From Octopus sinensis (Eukaryota), in assembly GCF_006345805.1 (NCBI RefSeq), contig NC_043002.1, forward strand, positions 90,768,001 through 90,832,000: a stretch of DNA of 64,000 nt, written 5' to 3'. Made by a program: the position numbers and the translations under genes. This document shows positions 1 through 13,548 of the stretch, piece after piece; positions within the stretch are counted from its first letter, which is position 1; each line of letters opens with the position of its first letter. Under the pieces are notes generated by a model. It was not told where the DNA came from. It saw nothing but the letters and a program-made list of their open reading frames with translations, and made no database searches.

Positions 1-1972
1 CATGGTAAGAAGTTTACCTCCCTACTACGTAATTTCAGGTTCTGTCCCACTGCATGTCACTTTTCAGTGAACACAAACAGCACAATGGCCAGGCATGTTG
101 TCACAGAAGATTGCAAAGAAGCATTACTGCTTGTTAAGACCATGTCATCTAATTACTACTATTATGTAATGTCAAGTCAAGGAGACAGGCAATACATATA
201 CACATACATATGTGTTTGTATATATATGAACACATACACACACACGTTTTTTCATATGTGTCTCTGTGTGTACATGATGGGCTTCTTTTAGTTTCCATGT
301 AACACAACCATTCACAGGGCTTTGTTGGATCCAGAGTTAAAGTAGAAGGCATGTGTCAAAGGTACCACACAAGAGGATTGAACCTGGAACTACATGATGG
401 TAAACATGTTAGATCTCTTGCCTTGTAGATCTAAAACGATCGAATACCCATTTTATCACCCAGTGCAGCACATTTATATATTTACCCATTAAACATTATA
501 ATTTACTTAGTATTTAAACATAAGCTGAAACATTCTTATTAAAAAAAATAGTTGCAAATGTTGTATAATGCTTCCTAACATTCTCTTTGTTTTATTGTTT
601 ACCCTTTAATTAAGTATGACAGCTCAAACAAAGTGTGAACAAATTGTAACATTGAAAATGGCTGGTATAAAGAATTTCAAGTTGATAAAGTTGATAAAAA
701 ATTAAGGGCTACAGTGAAAGTAAAGATCGGCCATTTTGAATTGTAAATATATAGTAAAATATTGTCAATAAATATAGCAATTGGCCTGTAAACTTTCATT
801 AACCAAAACATAAAATGTTTTATTTTATGATAAAATGAAGAATGGGCAAATATATAGACTACACCCAGTAGACTAAACTATCTAATTCCAAATTTCTTCA
901 ATTTACGTTGCAGAGAAATAACTACATGGCATTCTGGGAACTTTAATTTTGATATACAAGTGACCTCTATCTGAAAATATTTGTCTCATTTACTGATTGC
1001 TACAGAAACAGGGGTTAAGCATCAACTCCATAAACATTTATGGTTTTTAGAGAAGATTAGAATTTTGTCTATTTAAAATAATCTTGTCAGATTATGCCAT
1101 GGAATATGTGGTAGAAATAAATGAAGCAGAAGATGAAGGAATATAAAAGAAAGAGGAGTTATATATACACCTTATGAAATGAGATTGAATAAAAGTACAG
1201 TTGCTTAGGGCTACAGCATCAGAAATTTATTCAATATAAGAATATCTTTATATGGTTTCAACAAACAAAAAAGCAGCTAATATATCTATAAAATTATTTA
1301 TATACCGGCATTTCTTAAGAATTATTTTTTCTATAAAAATTTGCTCTATTTCCCAAAGGAATAATTTACAATATTTATATAATCTTAGAGAGAAATTTCT
1401 TTCCTTCTCTCATAAAACTATTCAAAACTTCTTGAAATATTAGCACTTGTGACATTGAACCATTTCCCACCATTTTAAGGCGGGTATATTTGTAATTTTT
1501 ACACAGAATTTAATATTGGCATATTACTGAATTTTGTGGCATTTGACTCCGAAGTAATTACAAAACTGTAGAAATATGAATACAATAATATTTCAAGCTG
1601 ATGTAGTCATGGTTGGATGCAGATCTAGCCAATATAACATAGATCAGGATGTTGTCAGTCACAGAACAATACACATATGAAATATTGAAAAATATCTCTC
1701 TTTACTTTCAATCAACTTAGGATTCCCAATTTACTTTTTGTAGAAACTTATGAATGTTTGGCTACACATAACTTAATGACAAAACAACACCAACTGAGTA
1801 TATCTGGTCTTGTACACTATTTTATTGACACTTCTACAATTAATAATGACAACAACATTAAAACGAACAATATTTAAAGAATAAACAGCAATTATTAGAA
1901 CAGCAGCAGTAACAATAGTCTCAATGTAGTCACTCAATTTGTTAGACGTAATAACCAAATCTTCCTCTACTG

Positions 1973-2296
1973 CAGGGGTTCTCAACAATTTTTTTTTTAC
2001 CTAGAGACCTTTTTGATCCCTATTTTATTCTGGTGGACTCCTATAACCATTTAATGTTTAAAAACTAGTTTTATAGAGACTTTTTTCAAAATTCTTATTT
2101 TGTTTTTCACACATCAATTTGTGTAGGTTGAACTATGTCAAATCTTGGAGAAAGAAACCTAGCTGTTTCTTGCAATACATACATCTAAGGCAATATGTTT
2201 TTCAGGGGCTTTTAGAATACTATTGTGGATCCCTAATTTACAATTTTCTTGCTTGGACCCCCAAAATCTTATGTGGACCCTGGTTGAGAACCCCTG
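1973..2296. mobile_element. hAT (Charlie-like) MITE
   Basis: 14-bp TIR CAGGGGTTCTCAAC...GTTGAGAACCCCTG; 8-bp TSD ctctactg/ctctagtg (7/8). Confidence 0.85.
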
Positions 2297-2725
2297 CTCT
2301 AGTGGCTTAAAAGAAATAGACATGTTGGAATATGTAGTCCTACATGTGCAATACTTGAAAACAGTGAGCCAGATGGTCATGGTTGGAGTGTCTTTTATCA
2401 TAGGGTCGTTGGATTAAGCTAGAAATGAGACAGAAACAACAACAGATGAAAAAAGTAAGGAACTTATCAAAGAATTCCAGTTATGAACATCCCTTCTATT
2501 TATGTGACAATACAACAAGAACTGTAATCCAAATCATGTCTTTTCCATTTTTAAGCATGTAGGGCATAGTTTGAGGGGGATTTGGCTGCTTCTTCTAGCA
2601 GACTAAGTACTCACCTAGTAGTTCTAATTATAAATGTTTCACTGAGTCTGTACAAAAGAAGCAGTGTGTGTGTGTGTGTGAGAGTAGATTATGTATGCAT
2701 ATATATATCCATGCATGTATATATA

Positions 2726-2778
<53 letters not shown>

Positions 2779-2793
2779 GTATACATATACATA

Positions 2794-4215
2794 TCTACTA
2801 CATATATGGAAATCTGTGGGTGTGTTTGTTTGTGACGTTGTTAGCTAACTCCTCCTACATCGTTTTATTGATTTTGATGAAACTTGACATGTGAGTAGAA
2901 CTCATGTCTGGAAAACTAGTGACATACTTAGATTGTTGAAAAGGTCGATATCAGGGCTTCTGGAAGGGATTCTTATATCAACTACATATAACTAATATAT
3001 TATTTTTAAACATCCAAGGGAAACAACCCATTTGCTCCTGCAAAGGGATCCTTATATAAAGGGAAATAACCCATTCATGGTCATAAATTATTTCATATTA
3101 ATCAAATTGAATATGGTTATTTCTTCGTATTTAAACTATTTGACTTATTTTCACAATTCATCCAGTACAATGCTTAAACAAGTAAATAGCATTTTCTTAA
3201 ACAATATATCCACTTATTTTCGTTAGTGACTTATTCACGAATATACTAACACTAGCACTGCTGAGGGTAATATTCTCTGCGAATGCACAAAAGCTTTTTT
3301 CAGAGTTATTTACTTTGAATTGTTATTATCTCATATCTAATTAGCCTGTTATTACATAACATGCTTCACGATTTTAGTATACATTCCTTATTAGTATTTC
3401 CTCCTAAGTTCTATATACTCTGAGAATATATTAAAGCCCTTTCCAGAGCTACTTTATCTGAATTCTTACTATCAGATAATTGATTTCATGTTATTACATA
3501 ACTGACTTCACAATTTGGGTATTCATGACTTACTGGAAATTCCTAAAAACAAGATCCTGTGTAAGAAGTTCACTATTCTCAATAAATGCACAAAAACAGT
3601 TTTAAGGGCTACATACTTTGTATTGTTGTTTGTGAAACAATTATGAGAATGGAACCAAGGGATAAGCCCTGATTTCCTGGGAATTACCGGGTATGTTAGC
3701 TAGTCTACTACATGTGCGGAAAACTGGTGTGTGTTTGTTTGTGGTGTTGTTAGCTAACTCCTCCTTCATTGTTTTACTGATTTTGATGAAACTCGACATA
3801 CAAATAGAATTCATGTATGGAAACCTCATGACATACTTGTTGAAAAAATCATTACTACAGTGCATGGAAGGGTCCTTTATATCTACCTCATATAACTAAT
3901 TTCTTTTTTCTTAAACACCCAAGGGAAATAATCCTTAACACCTGTACAATATTTCTTTAAACATTCAAAGGAAATAACTCATTTCATTGTTTATGTTTGA
4001 TTATTTTGAATATTGAATTTTTTGTGTGTCCTATTTCTAATTTTTGCAGATAATATCACTTTTATAATTTATTTGACATGTGAGTAAAATTCATGTCTGG
4101 AAACCTCATGACATACTTAGATTGTTAAAAAAAATCCTTCAAATGGATCCTTCTATCTATTGCATATTACTAATATTATATTTAAACAACCCCAGGGAAA
4201 TAACCTATACCTATA
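2794..4215 (+). mobile_element. Non-autonomous Helitron-like element (2794-3703) plus a truncated tandem second copy (3704 to about 4215)
   Basis: A|TCTACTAC...GTGTGTTTGTTTGT 5' end; ...CCGGGTATGTTAGCTAG 3' end at 3703; the same 5' sequence restarts at 3704. Confidence 0.65.
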
Positions 4216-4862
4216 ACGAAGCGATGAATATTTGATTCTCATGATCAGCCAATATAATTCTGTATTTCACTGCTCACAGCCTTGAACTGCTAAACATTAT
4301 TATTGCACTTCCTTAATTTGAATCTTAAACATTAAAGACTTCATTCATACATTTCTATACATACATACTTTTTTGAATGCCCATTACTTCGATAATCCTG
4401 AATTTTTACGGTTACACTTTTTCTGTTTGTAGTGGCTTCATGTAGTCATAGCGTGGATTTGATCCTCGATTGCCAAATTTCACTTAACAATTCAACAGTG
4501 ATTTTCTCACAGTAAAACAATAGTATTTCTGTGAATAACAGCAGTTACACATTTCCCAGATGCCTTTGCTAAGCAGAATAATGTCTTTGCCTCTCAACAA
4601 CCTCCGACAACCTCTCTCGCCGACCTCCAACAATCTCTCCCTCCTCCAGCTGACACTACTACTACTACTACTACTACTGTTGCTGCTGCTGCTGCAACTA
4701 CTACTACTACTACTACTACTGCTACTACTACTACCACTACTACCACCACCACCACCAATACCACTTACACCAAAACCCCACAACCACCACTAATACCAAT
4801 AACCCACCGCCACTAGCACTACAAATGATGTTGTTACAGTTATTTTTATTTACTACTTTCAG

Positions 4863-5064
4863 AAAGCAGCTCAAATCCGCAAATCTCCATTCATGGATGA
4901 TACTACATCAGACTCATCTGATGACGAGGCATGTACTGGATTATACAGTGGCCAATCAGAGGCAATAGAATCAGTGACCAGCCCAGTTAGTGGACACACA
5001 TTCAGCTCCCTTTCCATACGAAAGACAGCAATCAACCAGAGTAGCTCTGGTGCTGTTAAGAGAG
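4863..5064 (+). CDS. PLEKHH1/PLEKHH2: PLEKHH1/2-like internal exon (Ser-rich linker upstream of PH1; KAAQIRKSPFMDDTTSDSSDDE...GAVKR)
   Basis: tttcag acceptor at 4861-62, gtaatt donor at 5065; open frame; ends in phase 1, matching the next exon (G+GT=Gly). Confidence 0.8.
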
Positions 5065-5429
5065 GTAATTATCTCCACAGTTCTTTGCAAGTGTTGTTGG
5101 CATCTCAACTTAGTGTGTTTCTCTTTGTAGTTTGAATAGATTTTATTTGTAATACTTTAAGTCAAAGTAGAAGAAAGGGAAGCAACATGTATTGTCTTCA
5201 GAAAAAGCTCCAAGACTGACAAGGGTAAGTAAAGAATGAGGCACAAATCACAGATTAATGCTCCCTACCAAATTGAAATTTTTTAATTTTTAAGTACCTT
5301 ATTTTCTGGCATATAAGCCAAATTGTTCAGACCAAAATATACTGCAAACAAAAAGCAGACCAACTTTATACACTGTGACAACTTTGAAGGACCAAAAATT
5401 CCATGCAAAATGCTGCAGGATTTGGAAAG

Positions 5430-5862
5430 ATGGTGACTATCAGGTCCACCATTACAGCATATATATGGGAAACTACTACCTGTGTCATCTCTTGTGAAAG
5501 GTAGGAGAGTCCAGTTTGCTGGACATTGTTGTAGAGCTGAAATTGAAGCAATGGTGACTATCAGGTCCACCATTACAGCATATATATGGAAAACTACCAC
5601 CTGTGTCATCTCTTGTGAAAGGTAGGAGAATCCAGTTTGCTGGACATTGTTGTAGAGCTGAAAATGAGGCAATTTCTACTCTTCTCCTCTTGAAGCCATC
5701 TACTCGTGATACCAGAGGGCACACACTCTCCTACCCTGGTGTAATCTCCAGGGATACAGGCATCCAGCAACAGGACCTCCATAATGCTATGATGGACCAT
5801 GAAGTCTGGCGTAGCATGGTAAATTCCATTGTCTCGACCACGGTCGAACAATGATGATGATT
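5430..5862 (+). mobile_element. 5'-truncated RTE-clade LINE 3' end with a 121-bp tandem duplication
   Basis: Encodes ...IYGKLPPVSSLVKGRRIQFAGHCCRAENE...LLLKP...SRDTG...MMDHEVWR (RTE ORF C-terminus); (TGA)n tail. Confidence 0.8.
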
Positions 5863-6200
5863 ACAGCATGCAACAAGAATTTTAGTTACTTGTTTATTTC
5901 CATTATACTTACATTATGTTCATATTGATGTGCAGTTGTAATCATAAACCACTAAACCAATATACTATAGCAATTTATATGCTGGAAAATACAATATCAC
6001 AGCAAGACATTAGTGAACTTAGGTGGGTTTCACAAAATCCTGTGTTTGTTTAGTCACCAATCATGAACTGTGACAGAATTTATAAGGTGTTTAGTATCGA
6101 CTTGATTTTTTTAAACTTTGATTTCTTCTGTGTTAGCTAGAAACAAGACTCAATATTTAGTGCTAAGAAAGAACTAAATATAAAAATATTGAATTATATA

Positions 6201-6600
6201 GGTGTAGGAGTGGCTGTGTGGTAAGTAGCTTGCTTACCAACCACATGGTTCAGGGTTCAGTCCCACTGCGTGGCACCTTGGGCAAGTTTCTTCAACTATA
6301 CTCATGGGCTGACCAAAGCCTTGTGAGTAGATTTGGTAGACGGAAACTGAAAGAAGCCCATCGTATATATGTATATGTATATATATATGTGTGTGTGTGT
6401 TTGTGTGTCTGTGTTTGTCTTCCCAACATCGCTTGACAACCGATGTTGGTGTGTTTACATCCCCATAACTTAGCAGTTTGGCAAAAGAGACCAATACAAT
6501 GAGTACTAGGCTTACAAAGAATAAGTCCTGGGGTTGATTTGCTCGACTAAAGGCGGTGCTCTAGCATGGCCACAGTGAAACAAGTAAAAGAGTAGAAGAG
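6201..6600 (+). mobile_element. SINE family A (tRNA-derived, CORE-like ccttgggcaagt, internal (TA/TG)n)
   Basis: A/B-box-like head, body and 3' tail ggcggtgctcyagcatggcc...ctgaaacaagtaaaagag shared with about 20 copies in the window. Confidence 0.85.
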
Positions 6601-6888
6601 TATATCTTTTAAAAAATTCCTAATGCATAAAATGGAACCATTCCTTCCACTAGCTAGGAATCTATCAATGAATTATGATATAGCTTCTATTCTATTCTCA
6701 TCAAACCTTGATCTACTTGACATAACTGCTAATACAGCTATCACATGTCACATATTTATTTATTAATTGCTATGTGTGGATATGAGTGAAACAGGTGATT
6801 GTTTATAGATGATAGTGAGTAGCAGATTCTCTATTAGTTTTAATGGTAAGCATTCAGTTGTTCAATCAATTAAACTTCCTAATCATCA

Positions 6889-7252
6889 TCATCATCATCG
6901 TTTAACGTCCGTTCTCCATGCTAGCATGGGTTGGACGGTTCGACCGGGGATCTGGGAAGCCAGAAGGCTGCACCAGGCTCCGGTCTTATCTGGCAATGTT
7001 TCTACAGCTGGATGCCCTTCCTAACACCAACCACTCCGCGAGTGTAGTTGGTGCTTTTTACGTGCCACCTGCACTGGAGCCAGGCGAGGCTGGCATCGAC
7101 CACAGTCGCATTGGTGCAATTTACGTGCCACCTGCACGGAAGCCAGTCGAGGCGGCACTGGCTTTGGCCATGATTTGGATGGTGCTTTTTACGTGCCACC
7201 GACACGGAAGCCAGTCGAGGCGGCGCTGGCATTGGCCACGATTCGGATAGTG
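6889..7252 (-). mobile_element. Family D: RTE-derived 3' tail / SINE-like element with (GAT)n end
   Basis: 14-bp TSD cttcctaatcatca (6875-6888 / 7253-7266); three GTGCnGGTGGCACGTAAAAAGCACC-type units. Confidence 0.85.
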
Positions 7253-7699
7253 CTTCCTAATCATCAAATTAAGGGATAAGCAGCTAAGACATGTATGTTG
7301 TCCACAGACATGTATATTGTTAACCTGGTAATGCAACCCTCAAGCTAAATCAGCAAGACACAATATGTGACAAAGTTGTATCTTTGAATTACATGTACGC
7401 TGAATCTGATAGACCTCCACACAGTATCTGCTTCCCTAGTTTATCTCGAAAGTTTGAATCAGTCTAAGGCTAAGGTAAAAGACACACGTAGAAGATGCTG
7501 CACAATATGACTGAACCCTGTACATCTTGATTTATGATTGCAAAGCAAACTTCTTAATACTTCAAGCATGTATGTGTTCACTGTATAGATAAAATATCAA
7601 AGCAGCACTGCAATATTTGACAGTAAATATATCATGTCATCAGCCCTGTGGTATGTCCACTGAAGCTCAAGACTTGGGTGGGCCAGTCCATATAGTATA

Positions 7700-8040
7700 A
7701 AGGATAAAAGACTCCCTCTGGTCATGAATGACCATGGGATTGTACTTAGAAAGTTAACCTCCAAGGCACAAGTCGAAGTAAGGTTGTTTTATAGAAGACC
7801 AACAGTCACCCAGGCATACCAGCCTCACCTCTCCATGCCACCGATGTTATCCAAGGGAAAGACAAAGGTTGATACAGCTTGGCACTAGTGATGTTGCGAC
7901 TCATTTCTACAACTGAGTGAACTGGAGCAACATGAAATAAAGTGTCTTGCCTAAGACACTTTATTTCACACAGCCTGGTCCAGGAATTGAACTCACTACC
8001 TCATGATTGTGAGCGTGATGCTCTAACCACTGAGCCATAT
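7700..8040 (-). mobile_element. SINE family B, head-2/tail-4 type
   Basis: Reverse complement of the 51258-51597 element. Confidence 0.75.
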
Positions 8041-9065
8041 AGTGTGTATATATATATATATACATACATATATATATAATGTCACTAAAGCTTTGCTATA
8101 ATCAGTGATGGTCAGCTTTGGTGGACCAGTCCATATAGTATATCTTTAATGTTTGCTATGACTAGTGACAGGCAACTTTTGGTGAACCAGTCCACTGACT
8201 CTGTGTTGTACATATATGGACTTGTCCATGTAGTATACACACCATGTTACCATTGCTGTGTCATGTCTGGTCTCTGTCCTTAAAATGGTAGGTCCAGTCC
8301 ATATAGCAGTAAATAAAATACCATGAAAAGGTAACTTGTGTGTAAACAGCAAGAGTAATTAAAATTGATGAATAGTACTTAAGGCATGGGCTTGGAATAG
8401 GACACGAGGTTAAGATGTTCAGTTCATGATCACATAATTCAGGGTTCAATCCCACTGCAAGATATTTCAAGGAAGTGTCGTTTATCAAAGCATCTGCTTG
8501 TCATGAGCTTTGTCAGTAAAATTAAACTTACTACAGATTGTAGAAAGTCATTGCATAGACTGTACCTATCCTTGGCTGGTAGTCTTAAACTATCCCCCAA
8601 CTTATCATCATCTCCTGGTCCTTGTGCACTTTGGATGGAGTCTACCCTTTTGCATTCAGAGCAAGTCTCCAGCTTCTTTCCATCTTTTCTTCCCACCTGT
8701 CTTGAGAGCCCTACACTCATGGAATTGGTCTTTACTTCAATAAGGCATTAAACAAAAACTGAAATCCATGACTGCACCCTGTCTTCTAAATGTTATTAAT
8801 TCCTTTTAATGTAATATTAAATGAACTTTCCTCAAAACCTTCAGCCACTAAGCCAAACAACACTGTTTCATATGTTATTTTCAATGAAATATTAAAATTT
8901 TTTTTTACATTTTTGTATTTGTTTTGTAAGATTCTTGATGTGAATCTGTGTGTTAAAACAGATATTATATTTGGAGATGGTCATATTTTGCCAATTAAAC
9001 ATACACACACTATATATTTGGTCTTCACTTTAGTAGCTTTATTATCATTAAAATTTAGTTTCTTT

Positions 9066-9108
9066 GTCAAAATTCTTTCATCACACATTCTGTGACTTCT
9101 TCAGTGGC
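9066..9108 (-). ncRNA. Degenerate hammerhead-like motif (CTGAAGA-stem II GTCACA/TGTGAT-GAAA)
   Basis: Core boxes and stem II present; stems I and III are imperfect; same family as 37438-37480. Confidence 0.4.
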
Positions 9109-9934
9109 TTTCAGTCTCCTCTTGTCCTGCTTATTCCATTTCTGGAATAATAAAGCTAAAATGGAGATCAAATAAATAGTGTGTGTTTAATTGGTAAAAG
9201 ACAACTAGTCACAAGTATAACAATATTTAAAAAATATTATATAAAATTGTTCCCTCTGTTTTTATTTTAATTTGGCAACCACTCTTTTTTAATGTTGTGA
9301 CAGTGGAAATTAGATAAAGAAAATTACCTCATTCTTTGCATAAGAAATTTTTTAAAAAATCTTTGTAAGTCAAACATTTTTTTAAAAAATGAAAGAAATT
9401 ATTTTTTCTTTGTTTAATTAATATGTATAAAACAAATCTAAATGATGTTTTCAAAACACTCAAAATTTTTAGTATGGATATTTGAAAGCCTTACCTCTTT
9501 AGCATTCAAATTGCTCTGTTAAATGAAATGCTTATGTATTCACATCATTTTAAATTAACTATGCATTATTTCATAGCCTTGAGATTTTGATAATGTGATT
9601 GTTTATGGTGAAAGGCCAGCTTTGACCAGTTTGAAGAGAAAACAGACTGAATATTTGGGCTGAATACAACTGGTTTAGATGCTAAAGGGCTAATACAATT
9701 GCTTATTTTTAGAATAACATTGTATGGTCAGTATGAGAGGCTGGATCTGGCTGGTTTTCATGTAAAACAAGGAGAATATTTGGGCCAGATATGGTCAGTT
9801 TAAATGCTAAAGGTTCAAATTATATTTTCAAAAATCTGTTGTGACCTAGAAACCCTTTAATTGTGTTTCGGTGTTCTGAATTACATCTAGATACCATTTA
9901 TATTACACATGTGCACAGATGCATGCCTGGATTC

Positions 9935-10168
9935 TAAGGTGGTGAGCTGGCAGAAGCGTTAGTACGCCGGGCAAAATGCTTAGCAGTATTTTGTCTACTA
10001 TTACGTTCTGAGTTCAAATTCTGCCGAGGTTAACTTTGCCTTTCATCTTTTCAGGGTCGATAAATTAAGTACTAGTTACACACTTGGGTTGATGTAATCG
10101 ACTTAATCCCTTTGTCTGTCCTTGTTTGTCCCCACTATGTTTAGCCCCTTGTGGGCAATAAAGAAATA
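9935..10168 (+). mobile_element. SINE family C (central gactttgcctttcatcctttcggggtcgataaa domain, Meta-SINE-like)
   Basis: 18-bp TSD agatgcatgcctggattc (9917-9934 / 10169-10186). Confidence 0.85.
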
Positions 10169-10612
10169 AGATGCATGCCTGGATTCCACTTTTGCTGTAC
10201 CAGTGCATTGCAGAACACATAGTTAATGCCTGTACTATTCCAGTGCACCGTAGCACACATAGCAACTCCTTTGTACTGCATCCATGCACTGGAGCACACA
10301 TGGATAATGCAACTTGTGGAGCATCAGTCCACTGCAGTGCATCTAGATTCCCCTTGCACTGCATCAGGCATTCATGTCTCTTATCCTACACCAGTGCACT
10401 GCAGTACATACATATAGATTCTTTTGTGCTGCACCTGTGCCACACAACTTACTATCTGAGAACCATTTTGGCTGTGTGGTAAGAGCCTTGCATCCCAACG
10501 ACATGGTTCTGGGTTCAGTCCCATTGTGTGGCACCTTGGACGAGTGTCTTAGCCTCAGGCCAATCAAAGCCTTGTGAGTGAATTGGTTGACTGAAACTGA
10601 AAGAAACCTGTC

Positions 10613-10683
<71 letters not shown>

Positions 10684-11191
10684 GTATATGTGTGTGTGTG
10701 TGTGTGTCAAGGGAGCATATTGAGGGTATGCTAGGTATGTGTTGCACACCCATCAGAAATGTCAAATTCACTATAAATATTAACCCTACTCATTAATTTA
10801 ATCAGAAATCTTAATGGAAAAGTTTTGTTATACCCCTGCTTGAAATTTGGTGGCCTTGAGTGCGACAGGACACCCAATACAAAAACCACCATACGCCACT
10901 GATATGTGTGTGTGTGCGTGTGTGTGTGTGTGTGTGTCTTTGCATTTATGTTTGCCAGCTACCATATCTTGACAACTGCTGTTGGTGTGCTTATGTCTCT
11001 CTAACTTAGCAGTTCAGCAAAATAGATCCATTAGAATAAGTACTGGATTTGATTCATTCAACCAAAAATTCTTCATGGCAGAATCCCTGCATTGCCACTG
11101 TTTAATGACTGAAACATGTGAAAAACAAAATGGATATAAAAATCTATTTCCAACTGTGACAATTAATTTTGGTTGTCTTCATTATTTGTAG

Positions 11192-11331
11192 GTGTTTCGT
11201 GCCATTCCGAACTCTCAGATATCTCCTGCGACTATGCACTGCCTCCTGATGATATTTCCAGCAAGAGTGATTCAGAGAGTTCGGAACCTGAACAAAAAAT
11301 ACTCAAATATGCGACAGACAGTCGTAAACAT
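11192..11331 (+). CDS. PLEKHH1/PLEKHH2: PLEKHH1/2-like exon (VSCHSELSDISCDYALPPDD...EPEQKILKYATDSRKH)
   Basis: tttgtag acceptor, gtaagt donor; phase 1 to 0; DYALPPD resembles the DYAIPPD motif preceding PH1 in PLEKHH proteins. Confidence 0.9.
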
Positions 11332-12313
11332 GTAAGTTGCATTTTTTCTTATCTATTTTAGGGAAATTGATTTAATGACCACTTTAGTTAATTATTGATA
11401 CTGTCCCCTTCTTCAGTACATTACCTGTATCCCTATATTCCCTACCCCTACCAATCTGTTGCTCACCTCACATTCTTGCAACTTTACCTGATTGTCTGCT
11501 CCCCATCTCCCACACTGGTGCTCCATCCTCATCCGCATCCATACATTTGCTCTTTTGTTTCTTGAAGGTATACATAACATCTTGTCTCCAGCATCTTCTC
11601 TCCTTATCCAGCTGGGTTAGCCATGTCCCTCCTCGAATGCAAGAGACCCGTTCCTCTACCTCTATCATACTCCGAGCATAAGCCACCTCTCTCAATACCA
11701 CACTCCCATTCAATCAAAGGGTCTTGTCTTGTAAGCTACATAGTGTCTTCACATATACCAGTGATACACAAAGAAAAAAGCACCCAGTACACTCTGTAAA
11801 GTAGTTGACATTAGGAAGGGCATCTAGTCATAGGAACCATGAAAGATCACACAGTACAGCTCAACATATGTCTTTATACTTGCTGGACCCTGTTAAACCA
11901 TCCAGTCATACCAGCATGGAATGCAGATGCTAAATGATGATGATGATGCCGATCCTCCTCCTCCTCCTGTGTATATTATTGGTTCTTGTTTTCTTGATGT
12001 GGTATGGATACAGTTATGGCCATGCGATTAGGAAGTTTCCTTATCAGTCCCATGATATAGAGTTTGAGCGTAATGGAAACTTTGCGAAATGTTTTCTATG
12101 AATAAATCTTAGTCCAGCATTACATTGTGAATAAAATTCGATCAACAGAAAATATATGCCACCACATCAACGAGTAAGTCGACATTTGTTTTAAAAATAT
12201 GCTATTCAGATGCCCCAACTTGCATAAATGCACACACACACACCTTCATATACATATGCATACACACATATATGCATGCAAGGGTGCACAGACACACTAT
12301 ATGTAGTAGTAGA

Positions 12314-12538
12314 AAAGGCGGCGAGCTGGCAGAAACGTTAGCACGTCGGGCGAAATGCGTAGCCATATTTCGTCTGCCATTACGTTCTGAGTTCAAATTC
12401 CGCCGAGGTCGATTTTGCCTTTCATCCTTTCGGGGTCGATAAATTAAGTACCAGTTACGCACTGGGGTCGATTTAATCGACTTAACCTGTTTGTCAGTCC
12501 TCTCTGTGTTTGGCCCCTTGTGGGTAGTAAAGAAATAT
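12314..12538 (+). mobile_element. SINE family C, young copy
   Basis: CpG-rich full-length copy; TSD tatatgtagtagtag, whose right copy has expanded into (GTA)n. Confidence 0.85.
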
Positions 12539-12542
12539 ATAT

Positions 12543-12575
<33 letters not shown>

Positions 12576-12688
12576 AGTCCCCTGGATATTAATGTCTTTG
12601 AGTACTTGGATTCACTGGGCCAGTTACCTGGTTTCTAAGGCGTATAAATGACCGAGATCCTGACATACCCCTTGAACAGCACACCAGT

Positions 12689-13045
12689 CGTGGCTGTGTG
12701 GTAAGAAGCTTGCTTCCCAACCATATTGGTTCTGGGTTCAGTCCCACTGCATGGCATCTTAGGCAAGTGTCTTCTACTACTATAGCCTTGAGCTAACCAA
12801 AGCCTTGTGAGTGGATTTGGTAGACGGAAACTGAAAGAAGACCTGTGTCTGTGTTTGTTCCCTCCTCGCAGCTTGACAACTGGTTCTTGTGAGTTTATAT
12901 CCTCGTACTCTAGCAGTTTGCCAAAAGAGATTGATAGAATAAGTACTAGGCTTACAAAGAATAAGACTCGGGGTCGATTTGTTTGACTAAAACCCTCTAA
13001 GGCAGTGCTCCAGAATGGCCACAGTTAAATGACTGAAGTAAGTTA
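12689..13045 (+). mobile_element. SINE family A
   Basis: Family A head, body and tail; internal microsatellite deleted. Confidence 0.8.
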
Positions 13046-13113
13046 AGGATCTTTGTGGTTTTCATCACTGTTTACAATTATCTTTAAAAAATTTTTTAAT
13101 CTATCATATCATA

Positions 13114-13524
13114 GGCGCAGGAGTGGCTGTGTGGTAAGTAGCTTGCTAACCAACCACATGGTTCCGGGTTCAATCCCACTGCGTGGCATCTTGGGCAAGT
13201 GTCTTCTGCTATAGCCCCGGGCCGACCAATGCCTTGTGAGTGGATTTGGTAGACGGAAACTGAAAGAAGCCTGTCGTATATATGTATATATATATATGTA
13301 TGTGTGTGTATATGTTTGTGTGTCTGTGTTTGTCCCCCTAGCATTGCTTGACAACCGATGCTGGTGTGTTTACGTCCCCGTCACTTAGCAGTTCGGCAAA
13401 AGAGACCGATAGAATAAGTACTGGGCTTACAAAGAATAAGTCCCGGGGTCGATTTACTCGACTAAAGGCAGTGCTCCAGCATGGCCACAGTCAAATGACT
13501 GAAACAAGTAAAAGAGTAAAAGAG
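13114..13524 (+). mobile_element. SINE family A, young subfamily
   Basis: Near-identical to 21680-22090, 42642-43070, 61074-61495 and 63030-63432. Confidence 0.9.
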
Positions 13525-13548
13525 ATACATAATTTTTAAATCCGAATT

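Noticed and set aside
4559-4816. Possible extra exon after ttcccag (DAFAKQNNVFASQQPP...TTTT)
   Set aside because: The frame runs through a (CTA/CTG/CCA)n microsatellite into a stop at about 4814 with no convincing donor; the other frames also stop.
4915-4935. CTGATGA boxes in exons (4918, 11246, 54083) as hammerhead or C/D boxes
   Set aside because: No stem II-GAAA-stem III context; explained by Ser/Pro-Asp-Asp/Glu codons.
6201-6275. tRNA genes at SINE heads (also 19966, 56449, 63474)
   Set aside because: A/B-box-like heads continue into SINE bodies, often with TSDs; no complete cloverleaf was evident.
8439-8751. Overlapping ORFs in apparently unique sequence
   Set aside because: No recognisable motif or splice support; possibly an old LINE remnant.
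13109-13354. Recurrent ORFs such as MLGGQTQTH.../RRHLPKMPRSGTEPGTMWLVSKLL
   Set aside because: They are open frames within SINE family A copies, not genes.
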